This document shows positions 1-9,977 of a stretch of 64,000 nucleotides of DNA, piece after piece. How positions within the stretch are numbered: the stretch's first letter is position 1; each line of letters opens with the position of its first letter. Origin of the DNA: an uncultured delta proteobacterium (GTDB taxonomy: Bacteria; Desulfobacterota; Desulfobacteria; Desulfobacterales; Desulfatirhabdiaceae); assembly GCA_963789395.1 (NCBI GenBank), contig CAWBKP010000024.1, positions 224,001-288,000 on the forward strand, given 5' to 3'. Below the pieces are notes generated by a model. That model saw nothing but the letters and a program-made list of their open reading frames with translations, was not told where the DNA came from and made no database searches. The translations under genes were made by a program, and so were the position numbers.

Positions 1-1619
1 GACGGGCCTGTCCGGAACAGTTCCGAGATCCGATATATTCGAGTTGAATCCATCGACTTCAAATGACTTGATCAGAAAATTCCATGAGGGTTGAATCTCT
101 TTCACTGTTGCCGGCACGGATAGTTTCAGCCTCACGATGCTTTGGCTCAAAAAAGTGCTGCAAGTTGATTTGGCCCTTTGAATCACGCAAGACGTCAATG
201 GCGCCGCCATGCATGGCAATGCGTGAAACTGTTAATGAATGCGCATCGAGGTCCAGCATGCCGCCTTCAATCGTCAGCCGTTCAGTCTGGAAAAACGGCT
301 GGGTGGCATCAATAAATTGAATGCGTGCCTCTTTCAGTTCACTGGAAATGTTTTCCAGCAAGAATCGGGTTTCCTGGGATCCGGCCTGGATTTTTGCCGC
401 AAAATTGATCCCGATGCTTGATACTACCGTTCTGACTGGCGTGGTGCGGCTGAAATTGTCAAAGTCAAGGGCAATGTCCTTGATTTCGATGCTGTCCGCA
501 TCCGCCGTCCAGGAGAGGGAAGGGGAAGTAGTCGGTACGGGCTTTCCCGTCGAAGATTCAAGGGGAGATGCGGTGGGGGGGGCTGCCGCTGTTTTTTCCT
601 CCGGGTCATCTTTGTTGATTTTCGCGAAATTGATACGGCCCGCTTCATCAATACGAAGGATTATCGCTCCGCCGGCAACCCGAAGCTTTCCAACCCGAAG
701 CTTTTTTTCTGACAGGTTGAAGCGGACCTGATCCAAATCGAGATTCTTTAATTCGAGCAAGGACGTTTCTGCTCCGGATAGCTTCAGCGACAGGCCGAGA
801 AGACCGAAATGGAAGTTGTCCAGTTGCAGTTGCGGCTGTGTGCTGCCGGATTCCATTCGGTAGTCCGTCGCCATGTCCAGCTTCCCGGATACGGATTCCA
901 GATTGAGCTTGTCTTTCATGAATTGCCACAGGGTCGAAGCCCGGACGGCGCTCAAAGAAAGCTTGCCGCTGGAGGCAAGCGGCGCCAGTGCAATCTGCCC
1001 CTGGCACTGAAAAGCCTCCCCGTCAGGCGTTTTTGCCGATATCGAATAGGTTCCGTTATGGCCGGGAAGTGTTGAAAGCGTTGATGCGGTCACGTCGAGT
1101 TCCTGGAAGGTAACACTTGCCGGACGGCTTTGGCGGTTGTCCGTGACAATGATTGATCCGCCGGAAACCAGAGTGCTATCAATCATCAAGCGCAGCGGCT
1201 TTGAATCGGAAAACGCTATTTCAGGGGATCTTGGTGCTGAATTTATCCAGATTGATACTGCCGTCCGGGTGGACGGTTACGTGAACAACCGGTTTTTCCA
1301 GACGAAGTTCCCGAAAGACAGCAATGCCGCTGATCATCCGAGTGATTTCGAAATCGAAAAACAGCCGATTGAAACCCGCAATCGGTTCTTCCGGCGAGCT
1401 GAGACTGACATCGTTTGCCTCAAACGTCAGCAGAAATGGATTGATCCGCACATGGCCGACAACGAGCCGACAGTGAAACTGCTTGGTGACGAATTTGGGC
1501 GCATACCAGCCGACTATCCATGGGGCAATGAAAAAACCGATCAGGCTGTAAAGACATAACACAGTCAACGGAACAAGGAAGAATTTATTGGTCAGAATTC
1601 GGCCGACTGCCTGTTTCAT
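1..1619 (-). CDS. DUF748/AsmA-like membrane-anchored protein (frameshifted, runs off window start)
   Basis: ORFs 1221..1619 (N-terminal TM, GFFIAPWIV, INPFLLT, LEKPVVHV..DGSINL) and 59..1189 (beta-rich repeats, GRINF/GQINL) join across an indel near 1200-1230; a second break lies near 60-100. Confidence 0.7.
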
Positions 1620-1773
1620 CTTCAGCCCCCCGTAAGGACAGGATATGGTGGGTTAATGCACGCAGCACAACTACACTGTCACCATAACCGATTTTAATAT
1701 TTTACTCAAGAAGCTGTAATGCCTGCGAGGTGCTGTAGGGGGTTGAAGTTTAGGAATAACGCACTTCCCGGAT

Positions 1774-3120
1774 TCAAGCATGAATGTTTTTTATTGTCCG
1801 TCTGGAATACCATAACGTGAAAAGCGCCGCCGACCAAGTGATTGCGAATATGCCCCAGAACACCGAGACAATGCCAAGGCCCATCAAATGAACAAAGCCA
1901 AAGAAAATTAAAAGCGGGGCAGCGATCTGGCGATACAGGCCGATCCATATCGCGTACAAGGGTTTTTTCATTCCCTGAAGGCAGGAGACGGATATGTAAA
2001 GGATGATGTAGGCCTGAAAAATGAAGGCAGCGATTCTAAGATAAACAGCGCCGATTGAAATTACGATTGGATCGGTTGTAAAAACACCCATGAGCGGCTT
2101 TGCAAAACAAAAGACACCGATGGTACCAACGGTCATGATAGAAATGCCGTACAGGATACAGGTGTTGACGGTTTCACTGACACGGTCGAATTTCTTTGCC
2201 CCGTTATTCTGTCCGACGATTGTCAGTGCGGCAAGGTTGAGTCCGAAAGATGGCAGCAGTGCAATCTGCTCAATACGTGTTGCGATACCGTATGCTGCCA
2301 CCCCTTCTTTGCCGAAGATACTTATGAAATAGGTGATGACAAAGACACCGACGGCAATGGTCATCATGTTGAGCGATGCCGGAATACCCTGCCCGGCAAG
2401 ATCGACATAGGCAGATTTTTGTGGAAGAAGTTTTTTTATGCAATCCGTGCAGAAGATTTCCGAAACAACAGCCCGGGAGCCAACATAGAGTGTGCCGAGA
2501 AACTGGATAAGAACCGTGGCCCAGGCAACACCGGCAAGGCCCATCGGCGGAATGCCGAATCCGCCATACATGAACCACGGATCTAAAACGATGTTGAGAA
2601 AAAAACCGCCGATCAAATAATTGCGAAAAGTTCTGGCGTCTCCCTGTGCGTTCAGGATGGCATTGAAAGTGTATATGAGAAGGAAAAACACGGTTCCCAG
2701 CAAAATGACATTCATGTAAGACAGACCAAGATAAAGGTACTGTCCGCCGGCGCCGAGAATTCCAAAAAGAAAGGGACTGATCAGCAGGCCGATAACGGTC
2801 ATGACAATGCCGATCAGCACCGTAAAGGAGATTGCCTGTCCGATGTATTCGGCGGCTTTTTCCCGGTCGCCTTCCCCGATGGCATTGGAAATAAGGGCGG
2901 TTGTTCCGGTGGCGATTCCGGAGCCAAGAGCGATGATCATGAAGAACACCGGAAATGATAGAGACAGAGCGGCAAGGGCATCGGTTGACAGCTGTCCGCC
3001 GTAATAGGTGTCAACGACATTATACATGGTGTTGAAAAAGAAACCGATGCTTGCAGGTACTGCTATTGCCCGAATGAGCGTTGGAACCGGTTTCTGGGTC
3101 AGATCACTGTCCTGTCTCAA
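1774..3120 (-). CDS. MATE family efflux transporter
   Basis: YNVVDTYYGGQLSTDALAALSLSFP, NAQGDART, AAYGIATRIE motifs; about 12 TM segments. Confidence 0.93.
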   Translation of the reverse strand: MRQDSDLTQKPVPTLIRAIAVPASIGFFFNTMYNVVDTYYGGQLSTDALAALSLSFPVFFMIIALGSGIATGTTALISNAIGEGDREKAAEYIGQAISFTVLIGIVMTVIGLLISPFLFGILGAGGQYLYLGLSYMNVILLGTVFFLLIYTFNAILNAQGDARTFRNYLIGGFFLNIVLDPWFMYGGFGIPPMGLAGVAWATVLIQFLGTLYVGSRAVVSEIFCTDCIKKLLPQKSAYVDLAGQGIPASLNMMTIAVGVFVITYFISIFGKEGVAAYGIATRIEQIALLPSFGLNLAALTIVGQNNGAKKFDRVSETVNTCILYGISIMTVGTIGVFCFAKPLMGVFTTDPIVISIGAVYLRIAAFIFQAYIILYISVSCLQGMKKPLYAIWIGLYRQIAAPLLIFFGFVHLMGLGIVSVFWGIFAITWSAALFTLWYSRRTIKNIHA

Positions 3121-3194
3121 AAAAGAGTAGACCTTTCGTATTTACAGCGGACGCATGCAGAGACTGAACGGCATTTTTGTTCAGGCGCTGCTTA

Positions 3195-3695
3195 TCACTG
3201 TTTTTTCTTGGCCGGATTCATCTGATCTTTGACCTGGTGATAGATATTCCGCCACATGGGATGGCCTTCTTCTGCAGGGCTCAGTGTGAAATCGGGGTCG
3301 AGTTTAAAAGCATAATTAAACTCTTTTTTGCAAAGCGTCTTCCGATTAGAAGTGCAATAGAGAAAAGCCAGGTATTTATGCGCGGTGACTTGATCGGCAA
3401 TATCAGCCAGACCCAGATCCTGGGCTTTCTTCAGGCTTTTTTCGGCAAGCGCATATTTGCCATCTTCATAATAGGAAATTCCAACGGATAATTGTTGCTC
3501 GCCCTGATTCAGATCTTTCTTCGGAATCAGGGTTATTCGTGAGTCCGGAACTTTTGTCTGATCAGAAACCGCCGATTTTTCCAACACATCCGAATCGCTC
3601 TGTTTGGGATTGGAGGCACACCCGGCGAAGATGAAAATTATTGTCATGGTTAGAATGCTTGTTTGAAAAAATGACATGATCGCCTCTCCCATCAT
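3195..3695 (-). CDS. TPR-like lipoprotein, TssQ-family-like
   Basis: Lipobox FAGC; AHKYLAFLYC..LC..EF..A.KLDPDFTLSPAEEGHPMW pattern typical of TssQ-family lipoproteins; overlaps the stop of the upstream cyclase. Confidence 0.7.
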   Translation of the reverse strand: MMGEAIMSFFQTSILTMTIIFIFAGCASNPKQSDSDVLEKSAVSDQTKVPDSRITLIPKKDLNQGEQQLSVGISYYEDGKYALAEKSLKKAQDLGLADIADQVTAHKYLAFLYCTSNRKTLCKKEFNYAFKLDPDFTLSPAEEGHPMWRNIYHQVKDQMNPAKKKQ

Positions 3696-4984
3696 TTGAA
3701 TTTGTGGATGATTTTTAGTTTTTCATCGGGTTTGATTTCGCAGATCTGTGCATGGGGCGGGAATGCGGAATTCCTGATTTCGATACTGTGTTTCCCGGGG
3801 GGGATAGAAACACTGGTCAGGGGCGGCGACGTCCCATGGCGTTTTCCATCCACATATATCTCCCCCCACGGGGAGACGGCAAACCGCAGGATAGCATTCG
3901 GTGCCGGAGGCGATGGAAGTGACTGTTCATTTTTGTCAGGTTCAGCGGTTTCGGCTGTCGACGCGTTTTCCGGGAGGGTTTCGTCCGGATTGTCCTGCGG
4001 GACAATTGTGTTTACATCAGAGTGCGTGGGTTGCATCGATTCCGTCTGCAACGTATCAGCATTACCCGTGGACTGTATGATTGCTTCCGGGGCAGGCGAG
4101 CCCGGATTTTTTTCTTGAGGTTCTGGAGACAGTGCGACCTGGTCAGGTTGGACTTTCTTTGCATCAAAATCCCGGTTCCGAATGAATAAAAGGATGGATG
4201 CAAAAAAGATGGCTATGGCAACAGCGCCAAAGACAATTTTCTTTTTCCGCCACCATGTCTTATGTTCAAAGGAAACTGAAGCGGAACTTCTCACATCTTT
4301 TTCATCGGATTGCTCCAGGGCAGGTTCCAATTCCGGGGGAGAGGTGAATGTTTCTACAACGGATATTGAACGTTGCGCCGGAATTTGCAGCGCATCCCGC
4401 GTGGTCGATTCTGTCGGGGGCAGGGATTTTTCCTGTTCGTCAGTCTGTATTATGGAGTAGAGTTCATGTTTTCGGATATGTTTGTCAGAGCGCAGCCCAA
4501 GGTAATGGAAAAGATTGGCGTATTCCTGAGTCAAACAGGCGACTACTTCATAGTAGGAACGCGAAACCAGGATCTGGCCAGGGGTTGCAAAACTCATGAT
4601 GCGCTGACCGACATTGATGCCGTCACCAATGATGTTTTTTCGATTATTGATATCATTGACCAGTTTGACAGGCCCCAGATTGATGCCGAATCTGACCAGT
4701 AAGGGCTCGTCTGCGGATTGATCCGCAGGTTTCGATACGGCGTCGCGAAGGCTCATCGCGACAAAAAGAGCATCTTCCGGATCTCCCAGGAAACAAATGG
4801 CCACCCCGTCACCCGTGTCAAGAATGATGCGATCATTGACGGCGACATTCTTGATCGCTTCGGTCGTATACCGATTGAGCTGGTCTTTCAGCCGGATCTG
4901 CGCCTCGACGGATTTGGTCGAGTAATCCGCGATATCGAAATAAACAACACTGCATATAAACGTCCTGTTATCACGGTCTATCAA
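3692..4984 (-). CDS. Class III adenylate/guanylate cyclase domain + TM + C-terminal PEGA domain
   Basis: FDIADYS, TGDG, RFGINLGPV, GDGINVGQRI, GQILVS cyclase motifs; TM IVFGAVAIAIFFASILLF; PWGEIYVDGK..GTSPP PEGA; probable TTG start at 4984 after GGGGTG. Confidence 0.85.
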   Translation of the reverse strand: MIDRDNRTFICSVVYFDIADYSTKSVEAQIRLKDQLNRYTTEAIKNVAVNDRIILDTGDGVAICFLGDPEDALFVAMSLRDAVSKPADQSADEPLLVRFGINLGPVKLVNDINNRKNIIGDGINVGQRIMSFATPGQILVSRSYYEVVACLTQEYANLFHYLGLRSDKHIRKHELYSIIQTDEQEKSLPPTESTTRDALQIPAQRSISVVETFTSPPELEPALEQSDEKDVRSSASVSFEHKTWWRKKKIVFGAVAIAIFFASILLFIRNRDFDAKKVQPDQVALSPEPQEKNPGSPAPEAIIQSTGNADTLQTESMQPTHSDVNTIVPQDNPDETLPENASTAETAEPDKNEQSLPSPPAPNAILRFAVSPWGEIYVDGKRHGTSPPLTSVSIPPGKHSIEIRNSAFPPHAQICEIKPDEKLKIIHKFK

Positions 4985-5151
4985 TGTGTCACCCCGCTTT
5001 GACCTCCGGAACATCGGCCTGAAGTATGCGATGTCAATTTTCCGTGAAAAACCAATCTGCAACATTTTCACTGCAATTATCTATCTGTATTATTATTATT
5101 TTGTCAACTTCTCGCATTTTTTTTGCGATAAAACGCAACTGAAATAATAAT

Positions 5152-5163
5152 TTGTCTTGACAA
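5152..5163 (+). promoter_or_regulatory. Putative GntR/HutC-family operator overlapping a -35 box
   Basis: TTGTCttGACAA near-palindrome containing TTGACA (5157-5162), about 75 nt upstream of the GntR gene. Confidence 0.55.
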
Positions 5164-5237
5164 CTTTACAGATTAAAGTCAGGATAGGTGACATGTTCCG
5201 TGGCTTCCATTTAACATGAGGACTATCGCGTTATTCT

Positions 5238-5969
5238 ATGCTGAACCCCCAATCCCCCATGCCATTGTATCACCAGTTGGCGGATATACTTCTATCCGGA
5301 ATTCGAACCGGAGACTATCCGACGGATTCAAGGATTCCATCCGAACTTTCATTGGCAGCGGCCTACGGTATTGGCCGGCCGACTGTAAGGCAGGCGATCG
5401 ATATGCTGGTTCGAAAGCGTATTCTGGTTCGCAAACGCGGTTCAGGGACCTATGTATTGAGGCAGCAAAAGGAAATTGATCTGTTTTCGCTGGCAGGGAC
5501 AACGTCGGCGTTCCACCGCGAAGGTGCATCGGTGATCACGATGATCCTTCAGAAAACCCGACTGGTGTCTGTCGGATCCGATCCGGAAAATCCATTTTCC
5601 GGTCAATCCGCCTATTTTATATCCAGGCTTACCCGGGTGGAAGCAGCGCCAGTGCTGATGGAGGATATCTATCTGCATGCGGGACTCTTTACCGGGATCG
5701 ACGCTATGAATCTTTCAGGCCGATCGCTTTCCCAAATTGTGGATGAACGGTATTTCATGCGGCCGGTCAGCGGCAGGCAGACTTTCAGAATCGGATATGT
5801 GGAAGGTAGCAGAGCTGCCAACCTGGCAGTATCACCGACCACGCCCGTTTTGCTGGTCAAGCGGTTTCTCAATTTTCCTCAGGCTGACAGTGCAATCTAT
5901 TCGGAGCTTTACTGCCGGACGGATCAATTTGTTTTTTCTCAAACCATTGGAGGAATGACTGATGATTGA
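5238..5969 (+). CDS. GntR family (HutC/UTRA) transcriptional regulator
   Basis: PLYHQLADIL..IPSELSLA..GRPTVRQAI..RGSGTYV winged HTH plus UTRA-like C-terminus. Confidence 0.93.
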   Translation: MLNPQSPMPLYHQLADILLSGIRTGDYPTDSRIPSELSLAAAYGIGRPTVRQAIDMLVRKRILVRKRGSGTYVLRQQKEIDLFSLAGTTSAFHREGASVITMILQKTRLVSVGSDPENPFSGQSAYFISRLTRVEAAPVLMEDIYLHAGLFTGIDAMNLSGRSLSQIVDERYFMRPVSGRQTFRIGYVEGSRAANLAVSPTTPVLLVKRFLNFPQADSAIYSELYCRTDQFVFSQTIGGMTDD

Positions 5970-7189
5970 AAGGGGCCATTACGATGGATTCGGCGGCGCC
6001 TATCTTCCGGAAATTCTCGTTGCCACCTTCGAGGAGCTTGTGGAGACATTTCAAAAAGCAAAAATCGATCCGGTTTTCTGGCAGGAATATGTGGACTTGA
6101 TGTCAACCTATTCCTGCAGGCCCACCCCGCTGACGTTTGCTGAAAATCTTACCCGGCACTTTGGGGGTGCGCGCATCTACATCAAGCGGGAAGACCTGAA
6201 TCATACCGGTGCGCACAAAGCCAACAACGTCATGGGTCAGGGCCTGCTGGTAAAGCGCATGGGAAAAAGACCGGGTCATCGCGGAGACCGGGGCAGGGCA
6301 GCACGGGGTGGCAACGGCTACCATGGCCGCCAAATTCGGATTTGCGTGCACCATCTATATGGGTGAAGTGGACGTCGAAAGACAGCGGCCGAATGTTTTC
6401 TGGATGGAACGGCTGGGGGCCGAGGTGATTCCCGTGACAGAAGGATCCAGGACCCTAAAAGACGCCATCAACGAAGCATTCCGCGACTGGGTGGCGAACA
6501 TGGATACGACCCACTATGTTCTGGGAACCGCATGCGGTCCGCATCCTTTTCCGGAAATGGTCTCTTATTTTCAGTCCATCATCGGCACGGAGGCTCGCTC
6601 ACAAATACTTCAACGAGAGAAAAAACTCCCGGCCCGCGTGTATGCCTGTGTCGGTGGCGGTTCCAACGCACTGGGACTTTTCAGCGGCTTTATGGATGAT
6701 CCGGTCGCGCTTGTGGGTGTTGAGGCCGGCGGTAAAGGGCTGGATTCCGGCCAGCATGCCTCCAGGCTGTGTTCGAAAGATGCCAGCATCGGGGTTGCCC
6801 AGGGGTATAAAACCTATTTTCTTCAGGATGCCGATGGCCAGATGAGAGAAACCCACAGCGTTGCCGCGGGACTCGATTATGTCGGGGTTTCGCCCATCCT
6901 GGCGCATCTGAAGGAAACGGGCCGGGTGCGTTTCGAGGCGGCAACCGACCGGGAGGTGATGGCGGCGCTTTCGCTGACGATCCGCATGGAAGGGGTGATT
7001 CCGGCACTGGAGTCTGCCCATGCGTTTGTCCAGGCATTTAAAGAGGCACCGGACTTGTCTCCGGATGACTGCATCATCATCAACCAGTCGGGAAGAGGGG
7101 ATAAGGATATCTTCACCATTGCCGATGCATTCAACGACCCGGAATGGCAGGCGTTCATCATCAAAAAGGCAGGTCAATACCATGCTTGA
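5962..7189 (+). CDS. trpB: Tryptophan synthase beta chain (one indel near 6265)
   Basis: KREDLNHTGAHKANN PLP-lysine motif, then ETGAGQHG, ACVGGGSNA, SVAAGLDYVGVSP, SGRGDKD across ORFs 5962..6366 and 6308..7189. Confidence 0.93.
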
Positions 7190-7944
7190 ATCCTATTTGC
7201 GGGACAGATTGAAACAGCGGGACATTCTGATCATGACCCATATCGTGATCGGATATCCGTCTTTTGAAGCATCTTTTCAACTTGTTGAAGCCATGGTCAA
7301 TGCAGGTGTTGATCTCATGGAACTGCAGATCCCGTTTTCAGAGCCGATTGCAGACGGACCGGTCATTCTTCATGCCAATCAACAGGCGCTTTCAGGGGGA
7401 GCCAGCGTTCAGAAATGCTTTGATTTTGCGCAAAAAGTAACCCGGACCTTTGATATCCCGTTTCTGTTTATGAGCTATTACAATATTCTGTTATAAATAC
7501 GGGGTGGAGCGTTTCAGCAGCAGGATGGTTGAAGACGGGCTTCAGGGGGCCATTGTTCCGGATCTGCCGCATGAAGAGGGCGCGGACTATCTCAGGGCCA
7601 TGAGCCGGAACAATCTGGCGCCGATATTCATTTTTTCTCCCACAACTTCCGATGAACGCATGAAGGCCATCGCATCTTTTGCCAGGGGATTTATTTATTG
7701 TGTTGCCAGAAAAGGGGTCACCGGCATCGACACCGATTTTTCAGACCAGCTGGAAGAATATCTGGGACGATGCCGGGCCGCATCCGATCTGCCGCTGGCC
7801 CTCGGGTTCGGGGTGAAAGACAGGGCCGATGTCGATTTTATTAAAGGAAAAGCGGACATTGCCGTCATCGGCACGCAGACCATCCGGTTGATGGAAAACG
7901 AGGGGATAGGCGCGGTTGCCAAGTTTATCAAAGGACTCAGATAG
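7182..7944 (+). CDS. trpA: Tryptophan synthase alpha chain (one indel near 7490)
   Basis: ELQIPFSEPIADGPVI, MSYYN, VPDLPHEE, GFIYCVARKGVTG, GFGV; ATG at 7182 overlaps the trpB stop. Confidence 0.92.
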
Positions 7945-7975
7945 GCGCAGACGACAGAAGACAGCGGTCTGAAGA

Positions 7976-9882
7976 CTAAAGGATGATTCCTCTCTTAACA
8001 AAGTCTTCGTATACGTAATCCAAACTCAAGTCATGCAACGTTTCTTTAGTAGGGATTCCTTCATTATTCCACCCCTTGAATTCATAATACGCATCGAGCG
8101 TCTTTTGTTCCATCTCGGGATCTCTTTTCTTCCAATGGTCTGCGGGAGGCTTTTCATCACTTCTTCTCAAGCCTCTTCTTATATTTATGGCTCTAATCAA
8201 ATTGCGGTTCCTGGCAGCAATTTTCCAAAGCTTTTCAGAATCCAGCTTCATGCCGGTCGCAAGCGAGATAATAATCGGCAGATTGTAGATGTGGTATGGA
8301 GGTCTTCCGCCAAACTGGCCCCTGAACGACGATAAAAATGCACAAGTGCCAATGGCGTCATCAACATAATGCATCGTCTCATTCCAATCAGCGATGTTGA
8401 TAGATGCTTCGATTGATGGATGTTGCCGCGGCTCCCATTCCATAAACCATTTCTTGAATCTTTCAGGGGCAGCGTCCCATCCTTCCACAAACTTTTTTCG
8501 CTTTTCCAAATCAGGTTCAGGTACCTGGGGATAGGACCCTTCGATCTGGGTGATATTCATCTTCTCCCCGGTGGCGTACATCAGGAAATAGGGGTAATTG
8601 ATAGTTCCCAACTTGATGGGCACCTGCTCAAATTTTTTTATGGTATTATGATCGTATGCTTCTGCGCCCTTGCCAATCTGACGGGCTGCCCAATAAACAC
8701 CATTGGCTAAGACATCACCAATCCCTTCCCGCCGAACAATTTTTTCCACCAGATAGAAAAATCTCCCAGCGCCATCCGACGGAAATCCCGGAAGGTCCAA
8801 ATCCGTTAAGATACCGGCTTCGTATAGTTCCACGGCGAAGGCCATGACCTGCGGCGTGGAGTATGCATCGAGTCCGTACTCCTGTGTAATCCCGATAATG
8901 TTATAGTCAAAATCAAGCTCTTCAAAGGCCGCCATTGCATACGTGAGTTTGCTGTAGCACTTTTGAAAATAGGGACGCCGCCCCGGATAGTTAATCGCTT
9001 GATGGCAACACTTGGGACAGTTATAGCAACCATTCCATCGAACCCGCAGTCTGTTTTCAATCGCTACCCACTTCTCTTCACGCTCATTGTTCCAAAAATC
9101 TTTTCTCCGCACACGCGCATTGCCCCATGCGAAATTGTCAACATGGAACTGATCTCCTTCCCCGCGTGCCATGGAATCCCCACAATGCGGATTTTCATAA
9201 ATTTCCTTGATCATGTTGCTGCATATGGGAAAAAGTTCAGCCGGCCGGGCGACATGGATGTCTTTCGTTCCGCGAACGGCGATCGCCTTTAACCTCTTAT
9301 CTCCCATGATCACGCCTACCCCTCGTGAGGCGCTTGAGTTATCGTGTTCAATGGAAGCCATATAGACCCGATTTTCTCCGGCCAAGCCGATAGCGGCTAC
9401 CTGAATGCGGGGATCATTCAGCTCCTGTTTAATGAGTTCTGCGGTTTCAGAAGCACCCTTTCCCTGAAGGTGGGCAGGCATCACGAATTTCGACAATATC
9501 GTTATTTATGTACAAATAGACTAAGTTGGTGGATTTTCCGCGAATGACTGATTTTGTCGTAGCCGGCATATTTCAGTTCCGGTCCAAAATATCCGCCAAA
9601 TACGGAATGTGAATATCGGCCAGTCTGGGGCGAAAAGGTATCAACAGAGGTGCGATTGGCACCTGGAACAAGCGTGCCATGCAACAGACCGGTGCTGAAT
9701 ATGAGCAGGTTATCAGGAGAAAAGGGATCCACTTCCGGAGCAACCCTGTCCCATAATATTTTCGCGGCAGTGCCCTGTCCCCCCAGATGAAGCTCGGTCC
9801 ATCTCGGGTCGGTTTCCACCCTCTCAATGTTTCCCCTGGATAGATCAATTTCAAGATTATAACCCGTCTCTGCGTACCTCAT
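7976..9882 (-). CDS. bamB: BamB-like tungsten-pterin subunit of class II benzoyl-CoA reductase family (AOR superfamily); two +1 indels near 9549 and 9476
   Basis: MRYAETGY.LE.DL..G.IERV.TDPR.TEL.LGG.G N-terminus, NFAWGNARVRRKDFW, CYNCPKCC, QKCYSKLTY, TGEKMNITQIEG, MHYVDDAIGTC, PPYHI all match my recollection of Geobacter BamB rather than generic AOR; removing two extra bases restores KI-VIRGKSTNLVYLYINNDIVEIRDA-AHLQGKG. Confidence 0.8.
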
Positions 9883-9977
9883 TTCTCACCCCTATAAAGA
9901 TTCTCATCAGGCCATTCATATAATATGGTATAGATTTTTCGTCACGATAGACCCGAACAAGATCAAAGCGGAATTAC

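Noticed and set aside
3195..3695. Type VI secretion system locus
   Set aside because: Only a TssQ-like lipoprotein; no core tss genes in the window
6255..6275. Programmed ribosomal frameshift in trpB (A-run)
   Set aside because: No precedent known to me, and it is indistinguishable from the many other indels
7976..9882. Generic aldehyde:ferredoxin oxidoreductase or pseudogene call
   Set aside because: Motifs follow BamB specifically, and the two breaks are simple +1 insertions like those seen throughout the contig
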